A stretch of 63,955 nt of DNA, filler included, from Octopus bimaculoides (GCF_001194135.2; 7 parts of 7 records of this genome joined end to end with filler, not necessarily neighbours in it); one strand, 5' to 3'. Shown: positions 22,486 to 34,019, counted from the first letter of the whole stretch. Notes: a model not told the origin generated them from the sequence alone. A program made the numbers and translations.

Positions 22486-22698
22486 ATGTTTGTGTGTCTG
22501 TGTTTGTTCCCCCAACATCGCTTGATAACCGATGCTGGTGTGTTTATATCCCCGTATGTTAGCGGTTCGGCAAAAGTGACCGAGAGAATAAGTACTAGGC
22601 TTACAAAGAATGAGTCCTGGGTTCGATTTGTTCGACTAAAGGCGGTGCTCCAGCATGGCCGCAGTCAAGTGACTGAAACAAGTTAAAGACTAAAAGAA
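22281..22698 (+). mobile_element. SINE family A, full length (tRNA head, CORE-like domain, internal microsatellite)
   Basis: ggagtggctgtgtggtaag (A box), gtggcaccttgggcaagtgtctt (CORE-like), central (TA)/(TG) tract, tail ggtgctccagcatggccgcagtc..gactgaaac. Similar to described Octopus CORE-SINEs. Confidence 0.9.
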
Positions 22699-22996
22699 TA
22701 CATATGTACCAACGAGTGCTTGAACGGCTTAAAAAGAAAACAAAACTCTTAAGTTTATCTGTTAAACTTGCTTCGAGATACTTAATGTTGAAGTATGGTG
22801 TCAGGAAGTGAAAGAGGTCAACGGTAGGTCACGCATATGTTTTGGTGTGTGTGTGTGTGTATGTGTGTGTCTACGTATGTGTGTTTGTGTTTATGTATAT
22901 GTGTCATGACGTATATTTATGCATACAATTGCGCACGTGCGCCTGTGTGCGTGTGCATGCGTGTGTTAATTTTTATCAGAAAGAAAGGTTGATAGT

Positions 22997-23030
22997 GACT
23001 TTGAAGTTTCGGCTTACCGGCCGTCATCAG
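22997..23030 (-). ncRNA. PLE-type minimal hammerhead core (stem I disrupted)
   Basis: Minus strand: CTGATGA C GGC-CGGTAA-GCC GAAA CTTCAAAGTC. The core, 3-bp stem II, ACTT/AAGT stem III and GUC triplet are present. Stem I does not pair next to the cleavage site. Confidence 0.55.
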
Positions 23031-23033
23031 CAA

Positions 23034-23073
23034 CTGATGACGGCAATTAAGTCTTAACTTCGAAATCAAAGTC
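23034..23073 (+). ncRNA. Second, more degenerate hammerhead-like copy in inverted orientation
   Basis: CTGATGA C GGC ..16 nt.. C GAAA TCAAAGTC. It shares the core and the TCAAAGTC end with the minus-strand copy. Confidence 0.35.
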
Positions 23074-23222
23074 AAACATTTTCTTGTGAGAAACTAATAA
23101 ATATAAAATTCTAATAGAAAATACTGAACGCTCCTTCAATTTGATGTTTAACTGTTTTTCTACTTAACTTTACATAAACGCTAGCATCAGTATATTTATA
23201 CACACACACACAAGCATTCATA

Positions 23223-23722
23223 CACAAGGTGCGTTAGTTTTTTGAGGACACATTTTTCTAAAGATCTAACGTTATTTGTACCCTATTCTTTTAACTTTAC
23301 TTTTCAGATAAATAATTTCAGACATCAGGTTTCAGTAAATGTAAAGCAAGGCAAAAATGTTGCCTTAAAAGCGCAGCATAACGATGCAGAGATAGCTCAC
23401 TTCCTGAAAGTTTCCCGATCATTTGTTGTCAAAGTTCGAAAGGAGCTGGAAACTGCTGACAGGGATCCAGCACCAGTACCTAAACGCAAAATGCGCAAAA
23501 TGTATGCACAGGATCCTGATACCATCAGAATACAACACCTTTGTACAAAAAGTCCCAAAATTTTCGATAAAAATTCCGCAAGGTCAATCTGAACGTTTGC
23601 AAAGGATTTCGAGGTTTCAGAATGTACCATCAGAAGAGTTATGCATAAGGACATCCGGTATCAGTCGTGTGAGACACAGACGGGATCACTTTATGTCAGA
23701 TGTGACAGGAGAGAATCGTGCG
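23223..23722 (+). mobile_element. Tc1/mariner (maT/DD37D-like) transposon, left end and N-terminal HTH region, 3'-truncated
   Basis: ALKAQHNDAEIAHFLKVSRSFVVKVRKELE..PKRK..DTIR..FVQKV..KNSARSI*TFAKDFEVSECTIRRVMHKDIRYQS..FMSDVT.ENR. This matches the paired-like HTH of maT transposases. It starts after TA at 23221. Confidence 0.75.
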
Positions 23723-23731
23723 AATTTATTT

Positions 23732-23920
23732 TAACTTTCTGGAACCCGAAGTTTCATGCCGACAAAAGTAAATAAACCAGAGTTCAATTTACAAATTTTA
23801 CTCCGTCAACGTAGTTGACGAGAGGTTCACCTCTAAGTGCAGACTTTCTTATGTGCTCCGAATTGTGGTTGAAGAATTGTTGATTTTCATGAGCATGAAA
23901 CTTCAAGTTTCAGAAAGTTA
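23732..23920. mobile_element. MITE with 28-bp TIRs and TA ends
   Basis: taactttctggaacccgaagtttcatgc vs reverse complement of 23893-23920 match at 25/28. Internal hairpin cgtcaac-gta-gttgacg. Confidence 0.78.
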
Positions 23921-23991
23921 GCATATCTTACATACATACAAACATAATACATACATACATACATACATACATACATACATACATACATACA

Positions 23992-24826
23992 GCTGATATA
24001 GGCATGGAATTTGGGCAAAAGAAATGTTAATATTTGGTTATAGAACGAAGAAAATCTGTACCCCACCCCAACACAAAACCTGTGCACCAACGGTCTCTCT
24101 ATCTAACAGGCTCTACCTATGAAGAAATGAAGGTGGTACAAGCCTGAGGTCAGTGCAGACGGCCTTCGAATGCCGTATAGTATCACTCAGGGAGCACCTG
24201 TCAAACAACAGTAGCAAAAATAAATATATTAATGCAGACCTGAAAAGGGAAGTGAGCAACATTGTACGAGCAGGCAGTGAACTCCTCAAGAAACACTTTC
24301 TTCCCGATGATCTCCTATACAGCCCCAAAACAGCTGGGCTCTCTTACCTCAGAGAAGACCTGGATGGAAAGCACTCAGCATACAAAAAGACCATGCATGG
24401 GTATGTTGCCCGGAAGCTTGAAGAAGACAGTAGAATTGACATGAAGCACAAGACCACTACATCACATCACACTTTGAAGGCTATGTGTTAGTAGACCAGG
24501 AACAGGAGATTGCCACAATGTACCTGGTAAACAACTACTTCGAAACCTCCAGCTTCTATATCCAGACTATGAATTCATAGTCATACCAATAATAATTGGA
24601 GCACTAGGTTTTGTTAGTAAATGTTTAAATGGGAATCTGGATAAACTGGGATTTTCAGAAAGAGAAACTGACCGGCTGATTCGTACATTAGAAGTCCAAT
24701 CTGTGAGTGGGACAGTAAAAATATGCAAGACTTTTCTCAAGTTCCAAATCTCAAAGATGGAGCTTTGTATCTTTGTTGGAAACCGTCTCCCTCCTCAATG
24801 GAAGATTTATGACAAAAAATAGAAGA
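23992..24826 (+). mobile_element. R4/Dong-like LINE (family 1) with two internal deletions, embedded in (CATA)n
   Basis: DIGMEFGQKKC*YLVIER | RLYL*RNEGGTSLRSVQTAFECRI..KTMHGYVARK..QEQEIAT | LLRNLQLLYPDYEFIVIPIIIGALG..SGTVKICKTFLKF. Collinear with 15232-16742 but missing the intervening blocks. Confidence 0.88.
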
Positions 24827-25699
24827 GACATACATACGTACATACATACATACATACATACATNNNNNNNNNNNNNNNNNNNNNNNNNNNNNNNNNNNNN
24901 NNNNNNNNNNNNNNNNNNNNNNNNNNNNNNNNNNNNNNNNNNNNNNNNNNNNNNNNNNNNNNNNNNNNNNNNNNNNNNNNNNNNNNNNNNNNNNNNNNNN
25001 NNNNNNNNNNNNNNNNNNNNNNNNNNNNNNNNNNNNNNNNNNNNNNNNNNNNNNNNNNNNNNNNNNNNNNNNNNNNNNNNNNNNNNNNNNNNNNNNNNNN
25101 NNNNNNNNNNNNNNNNNNNNNNNNNNNNNNNNNNNNNNNNNNNNNNNNNNNNNNNNNNNNNNNNNNNNNNNNNNNNNNNNNNNNNNNNNNNNNNNNNNNN
25201 NNNNNNNNNNNNNNNNNNNNNNNNNNNNNNNNNNNNNNNNNNNNNNNNNNNNNNNNNNNNNNNNNNNNNNNNNNNNNNNNNNNNNNNNNNNNNNNNNNNN
25301 NNNNNNNNNNNNNNNNNNNNNNNNNNNNNNNNNNNNNNNNNNNNNNNNNNNNNNNNNNNNATATAGGATGATTGTCGACTCATTAATCGAGTATGATTCA
25401 TCTCAACGCCAGTACTTACAATGTACAAACACACAGGCACCAAACTAGCTAAAACCTAACAATACACAAACTCACAAGAATAAGATATTTACATACTAGA
25501 ATTAGTAGAAGATGGTTGGAGATAATCTACGTTCTATGTGAGTGGAATTGTCTCTTTAGTCTAGCAACAGATTTGCAGATTTTTCCACATAGATGATATA
25601 AAATGTTTGATTTCGCTGTAAAAACAGCTGGAGATTGTTATGGTGACATTGTGACATTTCATGTGCCTTGTCAATTCATATTTACTTCTGCAGATTTTA

Positions 25700-26205
25700 T
25701 CGCAAACAGACGAAGATAATTCACATTGTGATTGTGAAGGGACCGTAAGGAGCCTATATAAATACTTCCGATTATGACTAAACTAGTCCAGCTTGGGACA
25801 GAGAAATACGGTTGCAGGTAACAAAAGTTAGGAAAGAAGTATCCTTGACCACAAGCAAACTCTTTCTTTCCTCCCTTTTCATCTGTGCATTTTTCTGGTT
25901 ATCTTGAAATAAAGTAGCACCTTTTCGGATTTTTCTCCTCCATTTTAATCGGTCGATTGCATCGCTTTCCCAGTTTGCATGTATTTTCAAACTCTTTAGA
26001 GAGCTACTTATTAAACCTTTGAAACACAGTTTTGTTTTACACAGAGACCACTTTGTTCCTTTCATCTGACCACACAACAGTTGCATCAGGTTCTCTTATC
26101 AGATGGTCAGTCCAGTGAAGTCTGTGTCGATGAATTTCAGCTCCAGCGCCACCAACATCAGCAGACTCAAGTACTTCAGAATCCGACACTTTGTGCACCT
26201 ATTTG
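25700..26205 (-). mobile_element. RTE (BovB-like) LINE 3' fragment
   Basis: VSDSEVLESA..HRHRLHWTDHLIR..QLLCGQMKG..KLCFKGLISSSLKSLKIHANWESDAIDRLKWRRKIRKGA..CNRISLSQAGLV.SHNRK, the BovB-type C-terminus. Confidence 0.85.
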
Positions 26206-26215
26206 AATTTCGTAA

Positions 26216-26450
26216 AGGCGTGTGGCCTAGTGGTTAGGGTATTGGACTCATGATCGTAAGATTCTTGTTTCGATTCCTGGATCGGGCGACGCGTTGGGCT
26301 CTTGATCAAAACACTTCATTTCACGTTGTTCCCATCCGCTCAACTGGCAAAATTGAGGAATCCTTCAAGGGATCGGCACCCTGTCCAGGTGGGGAATATA
26401 TATATACGCAATGGAAATCGGGAAACCAGCCCTTATGAGTCAGTATGACT
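26216..26450 (+). mobile_element. tRNA-derived SINE, family C
   Basis: ggcgtgtggcctagtggttagg (A box), gtttcgattcc (B box), cttgatcaaaacacttcatttcacgttg, and ggcaccctgtccagg in the tail. Confidence 0.85.
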
Positions 26451-26849
26451 CATGAAGATAACTTTACTATCATTACATTACATTTGACTCTCAGTATAGA
26501 GCGCAAACGTCCCTGATAACATCGCTTTAATACGAGATTACGCTCGTAATCTGGAGGGGCTCCTATATACTCCCCGTATCGCACATGATTAAAGAAGAGA
26601 TGGAAGCACAGAAGCCCTGTACACTGCAGCCGTTGTGTTTTTGGTACTAGATTAAAGTCTATCAGCCCAAACTCACCCTTCAAGATTCTTGAAGCCAGTT
26701 CACCATTTCTTCATTTTAAGAAACAAATACGATTCAACACATTTCAAAGATACGTAAGTTTAGCTACAATATTCAGTCTTGCGCTTTGCGTTGTTATTTT
26801 TGAAAATGTTTTCAAACGACAACGTTATTGTGACCCATTATTATTGTAA

Positions 26850-26851
<2 letters not shown>

Positions 26852-26892
<41 letters not shown>

Positions 26893-26984
26893 TCTCTCTC
26901 TTTCTCTCTTTCTCTCTTTCTCTCTTTCTCTCTTTCTCTCTTTCTCTCTCTCTCTCTCTCACTCTCTTTGTCTCTCTCTCTCAC

Positions 26985-27019
<35 letters not shown>

Positions 27020-27048
27020 TTCTCTCTGTCTCTGTCTCTGCCTCTGTC

Positions 27049-27125
<77 letters not shown>

Positions 27126-27150
27126 GTCTCTCTCTCTCTCCCTCCCTCCC
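26852..27150. repeat. Compound (CA)n-(CT)n-(CTGT)n microsatellite block
   Basis: Directly visible. It explains the ORFs at 26779-27243 and 26841-27152. Confidence 0.95.
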
Positions 27151-27450
27151 ACACGTATAGCTTTATCTGACTCAGTCTTTTGTTACATATTTAATAAGAA
27201 AATTTTCCGCCACTTACCTTCTCGCCCCAGGAGGGAAAGTTAAGCGAAGGCAGATGAGCTGCAAAGACAAAGAAAGGCACCGCTTAGAGTTCCGTTTCGA
27301 ACTAGCAAAGACGTCCTCGTGGGGTCTAATTTCACAGTCAAATTCAAATTATATAGAATTGACACTGTATATATAATTGGTCATAACTTACGCAGTATTG
27401 GAAGGCCACAGAATATGTATGTATGTAAATCTATCTATCTATCTACCTAC

Positions 27451-27517
<67 letters not shown>

Positions 27518-28431
27518 NNNNNNNNNNNNNNNNNNNNNNNNNNNNNNNNNNNNNNNNNNNNNNNNNNNNNNNNNNNNNNNNNNNNNNNNNNNNNNNNNNN
27601 NNNNNNNNNNNNNNNNNNNTATATATATATATATATATATCTGCCTGTCTGTCTGTCTAAATCTATCAATCTATTTCTCTCGCCTCGCCAGTGCCTTTTA
27701 GTTGTTCCAGACGCTGAAGGGGATGATGAACAAAGCCTGTAATAAGGGTCTTCCATGGGTCTTCACGGAGTGCCTGGAATGCTACAAGTGTATTGAAGGC
27801 AGAGCACTTCACTTTGAAGAAGTGTCTCTACAGATATGCTATAGAGATAACCTTAACAGATGATGTAAAACGCACTGCTAACACAGTAGGACACAGCATT
27901 GGCTTCTAAAAACGCTTAATATACTTTATTAGTATATTATTAGTTGCATAAGGCAATACCACGTCCCTACAAGTCACTGATCGTTGAAATGAATAAATGG
28001 CTCTCCTGAAACAGTCTCAAAACCTCTGGAATGCACCTTGTACGTATAAAAACACACACACACATATATTTGTGTATATGTATGTAAGTATATATATAAA
28101 TATATATGCGTGTGTGTGTATACACACACGCATACATATGCATCATGCATCTCATGATCCTCTACACGCTAAAACCCAACATACGTTATACATAATCAAC
28201 ATATACAAATATAACTAAACACACGCAAAGATTAACACATACAAACATACACACAAATTCACAGAAACACACTCATAATGCATACAACACACGCTCAACA
28301 CTCACACATAAAAGTATGCTCATACTCTCACATACAACACATACATACACACAATGCACACACACACACACACACACACACACAAGCACATAAACATACA
28401 CACACACACACACGTCTACACACCTTCCCAG

Positions 28432-28554
28432 TCCAGCAAGATGTCTCTGCATACAGGTGATAAGATTCAAGCCGACCTACCGGAAGCTGTTCTCACAAGA
28501 GACAGAAACCTCCCACCTCACTACTTCACTGTAAATGGCGACCTGATTGGCGAG
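28432..28554 (+). CDS. Candidate internal coding exon (41 codons, phase 0-0), possibly the C-terminal strands of a C1q/TNF-like domain
   Basis: A unique-sequence island between (CA)n and (GT)n. Acceptor ccttcccAG (28430-31), donor GAG|GTGCGT (28555). Only one frame is open: SSKMSLHTGDKIQADLPEAVLTRDRNLPPHYFTVNGDLIGE. Confidence 0.5.
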
Positions 28555-29181
28555 GTGCGTATGTGTGTGCGTGCGTGTGTGTGTGTGTGTGTATGTGTGT
28601 GTGTGTGTATGTATGTGTGTGTGTGTGTGTGTGTGTGTAAGTGTGTGTGTATAGGTGTTTATTTAAATGTATGTTTGAGTGTACGTTCCTGTTAGCGAGC
28701 GTTTGTGTAAATAATATAGATATATATATACATATATTTATAAATTTATAGATATATATATTTAGATATATATATATATATATANNNNNNNNNNNNNNNN
28801 NNNNNNNNNNNNNNNNNNNNNNNNNNNNNNNNNNNNNNNNNNNNNNNNNNNNNNNNNNNNNNNNNNNNNNNNNNNNNNNNNNNNNNNNNNNNNNNNNNNN
28901 NNNNNNNNNNNNNNNNNNNNNNNNNNNNNNNNNNNNNNNNNNNNNNNNNNNNNNNNNNNNNNNNNNNNNNNNNNNNNNNNNNNNNNNNNNNNNNNNNNNN
29001 NNNNNNNNNNNNNNNNNNNNNNNNNNNNNNNNNNNNNNNNNNNNNNNNNNNNNNNNNNNNNNNNNNNNNNNNNNNNNNNNNNNNNNNNNNNNNNNNNNNN
29101 NNNNNNNNNNNNNNNNNNNNNNNNNNNNNNNNNNNNNNNNNNNNNNNNNNNNNNNNNNNNNNNNNNNNNNNNNNNNNNNNN

Positions 29182-29222
<41 letters not shown>

Positions 29223-30119
29223 TATATACACACATATACACATATACATGTATATTATTTGGATATATATGTATGTATTCACTTGTACGTCAGTATACAC
29301 AGACAGACACACGCAATCACACACGCACACACACATACACACACACTCACACAAGCAGACACAGACGTTTACACCGTATGTAAAACAATATGTATGCATA
29401 TGCGCGCGTGTGTGCACAAGTGCTCTATCTATGTGTGTGCGCGCGTGTGTGTGTGTGTGTGTGCGCGCGCGTGTATGCACGATCTTTGTCTATGTATTAA
29501 TGTATGTGTGTGTGTGTGTGTGTGGTATGTGTATATAAATGCGTATCCGTGCATTTTGTACGCACGTGTGTCTATTATTGGATGTGTGCCTTTCGATGTG
29601 TCTGCATTTGTGTATGCGTGTGTGCGTGTGTGTGTGTATTTTGATGTGCATATTTGTGCGTTAGTGCATATGTTTCTCTGTGTGTGTGTGTATGTGTGTG
29701 TGTACATGTGCGTGTGTACGTAAGTGTGTGTGTGTGTTTGTGAGTGTGTGTGTGAATCGCGTTATCACTTGTCTGTAGCTTGTTAACGGAGCTTATCAAG
29801 CGTAACGGTCGATTGAACCCGTGACGACCCGATCGGTCAATTAGCTGTTTTACCTCAGATGATAATCGAAGTCTATTGATTAAGGCCTCTCTATACACAC
29901 CGTTTTACACATACATAAACGCACACGTGCAAACATGTACACACATATACATATATAGATGTGCAAACACACATGGAAATATACATACATACATACGTAC
30001 GTACGTACGTACATACACATTTACATGTAAAAGTATGCATGCATACACACACATATATGTATGTACAAATATGTATATATACATGTATATGTGTGTGAGC
30101 GTGTATGCGTGTATACATG

Positions 30120-30155
<36 letters not shown>

Positions 30156-30515
30156 AACACATGCATACATATATAATCACACATGCACACGGAATTATAT
30201 ACATTCATACACACGCACATCAACATATAATAAGATATATATATATACACGATCACATGGAGACGTTTGCAACTGACCATTTGTACATGGTGTTGTTTAG
30301 CCCCAGGTAAGTCCTGATTATTCCACCTGTGATCATCCTGTATTTTAAAGATATGCAGCATTTCATTATCCCATGTTTTCTTTGTTTAAATTAATGAAGC
30401 TCTTTTGGGGAGATTCAGCTGCTCTTTCTAGCAGGTCATGTGTCCCCGCTCCCTCCATGGGAGAATCCCAACGTTGGTTCGATGGTGAAATACTACCTTT
30501 TCTTGTTGATGTCGT

Positions 30516-30732
30516 TAAGGTGGTGAGCTGGCAGAATCGTTAGCACGCCGGACAAAATGCTTAGCAGCATTTCGCCCGTCTTTATGTCCTGAGTTCAAAT
30601 TCCGCGGAGGTCAGCTTTGCCTTTCGTATCTTCGGGGTCGATCAAATAAGTACCAGCTGAGCAGTGGGGGTCAACGTAATCGACCAGGCCCAACCCCCCA
30701 AATTTCAGGCATTGTGCTATGATAGAAAGATT
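30516..30732 (+). mobile_element. SINE family B (older subfamily)
   Basis: taaggtggtgagctggcagaatcgttagcacgccgg..gagttcaaattccgc..gctttgcctttcgtatcttcggggtcgatcaaataagtaccag. Confidence 0.9.
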
Positions 30733-30823
30733 CTTAATATTGCTACTGGTCTTGTTGGTGTTGCGACGTTACATAACTTTTAAAACACACAAAACCCGTT
30801 TAGATAGATAGATAGATAAATAG

Positions 30824-30892
<69 letters not shown>

Positions 30893-30902
30893 CAGACATA
30901 TA

Positions 30903-31002
30903 NNNNNNNNNNNNNNNNNNNNNNNNNNNNNNNNNNNNNNNNNNNNTTAATTAATTAANNNNNNNNNNNNNNNNNNNNNNNNNNNNNNNNNNNNNNNNNN
31001 NN
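30903..31002. other. Artificial scaffold linker
   Basis: N44-TTAATTAATTAA(30947-58)-N44. Confidence 0.95.
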
Positions 31003-31519
31003 TATATATGGCAATGCACCTACCACCATGCACCTATAAACATGATTACTTGGTATTAAAAAAATATCCTTCTTTCCACCTGATTAGCACAAATTAATAC
31101 ACCAACATGAGACAGTCTTTATATCATATCTTATCTTTATATTTTCTATCGCTATTACAACGGATCATTACTTTCGAATTAGTCAGCCGTGACCCTCTAA
31201 TACTTACTCAAAGTACTTGTATTGTCTTCTCTAGAATCTCTGTCGGATTGTTTTTTTTATTTATTGTTTTAGTTTTTCTCATTTTATTATTTATATATTT
31301 ATTTATTTGTTAAAGGCTTTAGTCTGAAAAGGTTCAAGATAAATACCAACCTTTTAGATACTAAGCATCATGACGGATTATAAATATTTAGCTAATCATT
31401 GGTGGTGCCAATGATCTTTAAATGACCTAATGAGGTTGGTTCAGCTGATATTCAGTTTGAACATTTGTAGTTTGACGTCCTGTAGATAAAACGAGAACGG
31501 GGAGTGAATCTGGAGTATC

Positions 31520-31747
31520 TTTTTTTTTTTTTTTTTTTTGCCCACAAGGGGCTAAACATAGAGGGGACAAACAAAGGGATTAAGTCGATTACATCGACCC
31601 AGTGCGTAACTGGTACTAAATTTATCTACCCCGAAAGGATGAAAGGCAAAGTCGACCTCGGCGGAATTTGAACTCAGAACGTAGCGGCAGACGAAATACT
31701 CCTAAGCATTTCATCCGGCCTGCTAACGTTTCTGCCAGCTCGCCTCC
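31520..31747 (-). mobile_element. SINE family B with poly(A) tail and 15-bp TSD
   Basis: Full-length copy with a T-run at 31520-39. Flanks tgaatctggagtatc (31505-19) and tgaacctggcgtatc (31748-62) match at 13/15. Confidence 0.92.
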
Positions 31748-32010
31748 TGAACCTGGCGTATCGTGATCTGTTTTAAAAGGATTGGCCATTGTGCCTCGTG
31801 CAAGGTTTCAGGTCGGACTCTGTAGGAATGATGTGTAGGACAGAAGCGGAGTTGGGCTTGGGTTGTGGTACACGTAGTATGCTGCATGCTAGCTTGAAGA
31901 GACGAAGAAAGAGCGCTGTGTGTCTTTATGATACGTGTACACGTGCGTGCGTTTTGTAACGTGTTGGAGGTATCTGTTCAATCAGCAGGATGTTCAGTTT
32001 TTCTATTTTT

Positions 32011-32120
32011 GAGGGTTAAGAAGCTCACTTTACAACCACGTGGTTTCAAGTTCAGTCCCACTGCTCGGAGCCCCCAGCATGGCCACAGTCCAACGACTGA
32101 AACCAGTAAAAAATAAAAGA
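32011..32120 (+). mobile_element. Internally deleted SINE family A (head fused to tail)
   Basis: Head ggttaagaagctcactttacaaccacgtggtttcaagttcagtcccactgc is joined directly to tail ccccagcatggccacagtccaacgactgaaaccagtaaaa. Confidence 0.7.
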
Positions 32121-32150
32121 AATTCAGAACGTGTGCGTGTACTTGTGTGA

Positions 32151-32203
<53 letters not shown>

Positions 32204-32789
32204 TGTGTGTGTGTGAAGTACTGTAGCACCATCGTAAGTACTGCCATAATGTATACATGGGCTATATAGAAGGCCAATCACTGACCAAGCTGAAATATCC
32301 TCTAGTTCAAAAGGAGGGACAGTGCAACGCAATGATAAAGTTATTCGATCGCCATGACAGATTACTGGAGATTATAAGAGCCAGTCACTTGTTGCTAGTT
32401 TTATCGCAGTGTTGTTTGTAAACAAGAAGTGCGTAGCATTGCAAGACGTTTCCTAATAATAAAAAATCGATCTTTAGGCATAGAATTTAGTCCTAGAGAT
32501 ATTACCTCTACATTTACAGCGTTTTGCCATATTCCTGAACTAAACCACTAAGAGACTCGTACACACACAAAGATTTATCTTATTATCTGAACTCAATACT
32601 GAAATTCAATTAGAGGACATTCACAACAAATGTCTATCCGCCATGTTTAGTGTCGGCAAACTGTTTAGATGAATCTACGTCAGCAACAGAGAGAGATATG
32701 CTACTGTCTGGCATATTCAATAATCAAAATTATAGTAGATTTATATAGAAATAGATGAGAAGAGGAGATGAAACGGAGAACGAAGGGGG

Positions 32790-33400
32790 GACGAAAAAAG
32801 AAAGAAAGAAAGGAAAGTGAAAAGAGAAAGAAAGAAAGAAAGAAAGAAAGAAAGGAAGAAAGGAAGGAAGGAAGGAAGGAAGGAAGGAAAATGGAAAGGA
32901 AAAGCAAATTTATGGTAAATCTTAATCGAAACTTCAGGTTTCTTTCCTTTCTCCTCTTTCTTTACTTTTCATTATCTCTAATTCTTCTTTCTATCTCCAC
33001 TCGGTCAATTTGGCCCCCTTTACCTCTTTTATTCGCTTTCACATTTTTTCTTTGTCCTTCTTTCCCTCTCTTTCTCTCTCACTTCCCCTCTTTCTCTCTC
33101 CCTCTCTCTTCCTTTCTCTCTCTCTCTCTTTCTCTCTTTCTCTCTTTCTTTATGTTTCACCTTGTTATCTGTTTCATTTTTTGCCTTTTCTTTTTTGCTT
33201 TGTGTCGATGTTTCTATTCACCCTTTTCAATATTTTCATATCTAATCCTCTGTGTCTCAATCCTTCTCTCTCTCTTTCTCTCTTCCTCCCTCTCTCTCTT
33301 TCTTTCTCTCTTCCTCCCCCCTCTCTCTCTCTCTGTCTTTGTTTCTCTCTCTTCCTCTCTCTCTCTCACTCACTCTCCCACTCTTTCACGCTTCACTGTA
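32790..33400. repeat. Purine/pyrimidine low-complexity block: (GAAA)n/(GGAA)n followed by a degenerate CT-rich tract
   Basis: Directly visible. It explains the L/S/F-rich ORFs at 32768-33806. Confidence 0.9.
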
Positions 33401-34019
33401 TTTATGTATGAATGTATATACATATACATATGCATATATATATTACTTATTGAATCTCACACAGACATTTCCTAAATATATTTTCCTAAATATATTTTTG
33501 TGTCCTTTTACTCCCTTCGCTTCCCTCTCGTGCATAAACTCTCCTTTACCTTGTGTATTCTCGTTCTTACCGCCTTCTCTCTCTCTTACATTCAAGCTAC
33601 TGCCTTCTCTCTCACTCATATCTTTTTGTGTATTTATCAGTCTCCTCTCCTTTGAATTGTGCCTCACTCATTTCTACCTTTCCGTCTATCACTCTTTCAC
33701 GCTCACTTTAAACTCTTCTTTCTATCCCTTACAATCCCGCCATCTTTCTTTTGCTTTTAATGCTCCCCTTCGCTCGATGCCTATCTATTTACTCATTTCC
33801 CCCTGATTTAAGCAGCCATTTATTTCACTGTAAATTGTGATATGCGCACTTTCCACTAAAGTAATGTCAGTGTCTCAGTAACAATAATAAGAATAAAAAA
33901 AAAAAAAAGTACATGAAGCATGTTCTACTTCCACTCAGCGTTCTACAGACGCCATATTGGATTATGGTGGAATTCCAACAATTTGCCTCTTTTTCATAAA
34001 CCACCTTCCACAATTCCAA

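Noticed and set aside
25694-25750. Apparent plus-strand exon ttctgcAG..GGGACC|GTAAGG
   Set aside because: It overlaps the 3' end of the minus-strand BovB-like RTE, so the splice-like signals are most simply coincidental.
22281-26300. tRNA-like A/B boxes at SINE heads (also 11637, 30516, 54283)
   Set aside because: No complete cloverleaf can be drawn and each continues into a repeated SINE body, so they are not tRNA genes.
26600-26700. GEFGLIDFNLVPKTQRL, similar to the GGLGL.D motif of L1/Tx1 ORF2
   Set aside because: A single short motif with no supporting neighbours.
27711-27863. Open frame TLKGMMNKACNKGLPWVFTECLECYKC.. after a long pyrimidine tract
   Set aside because: There is a good acceptor but only weak donors (GTGTAT, GTGTCT) and no recognisable family. 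It is worth a look only if RNA-seq supports the 28432 exon.
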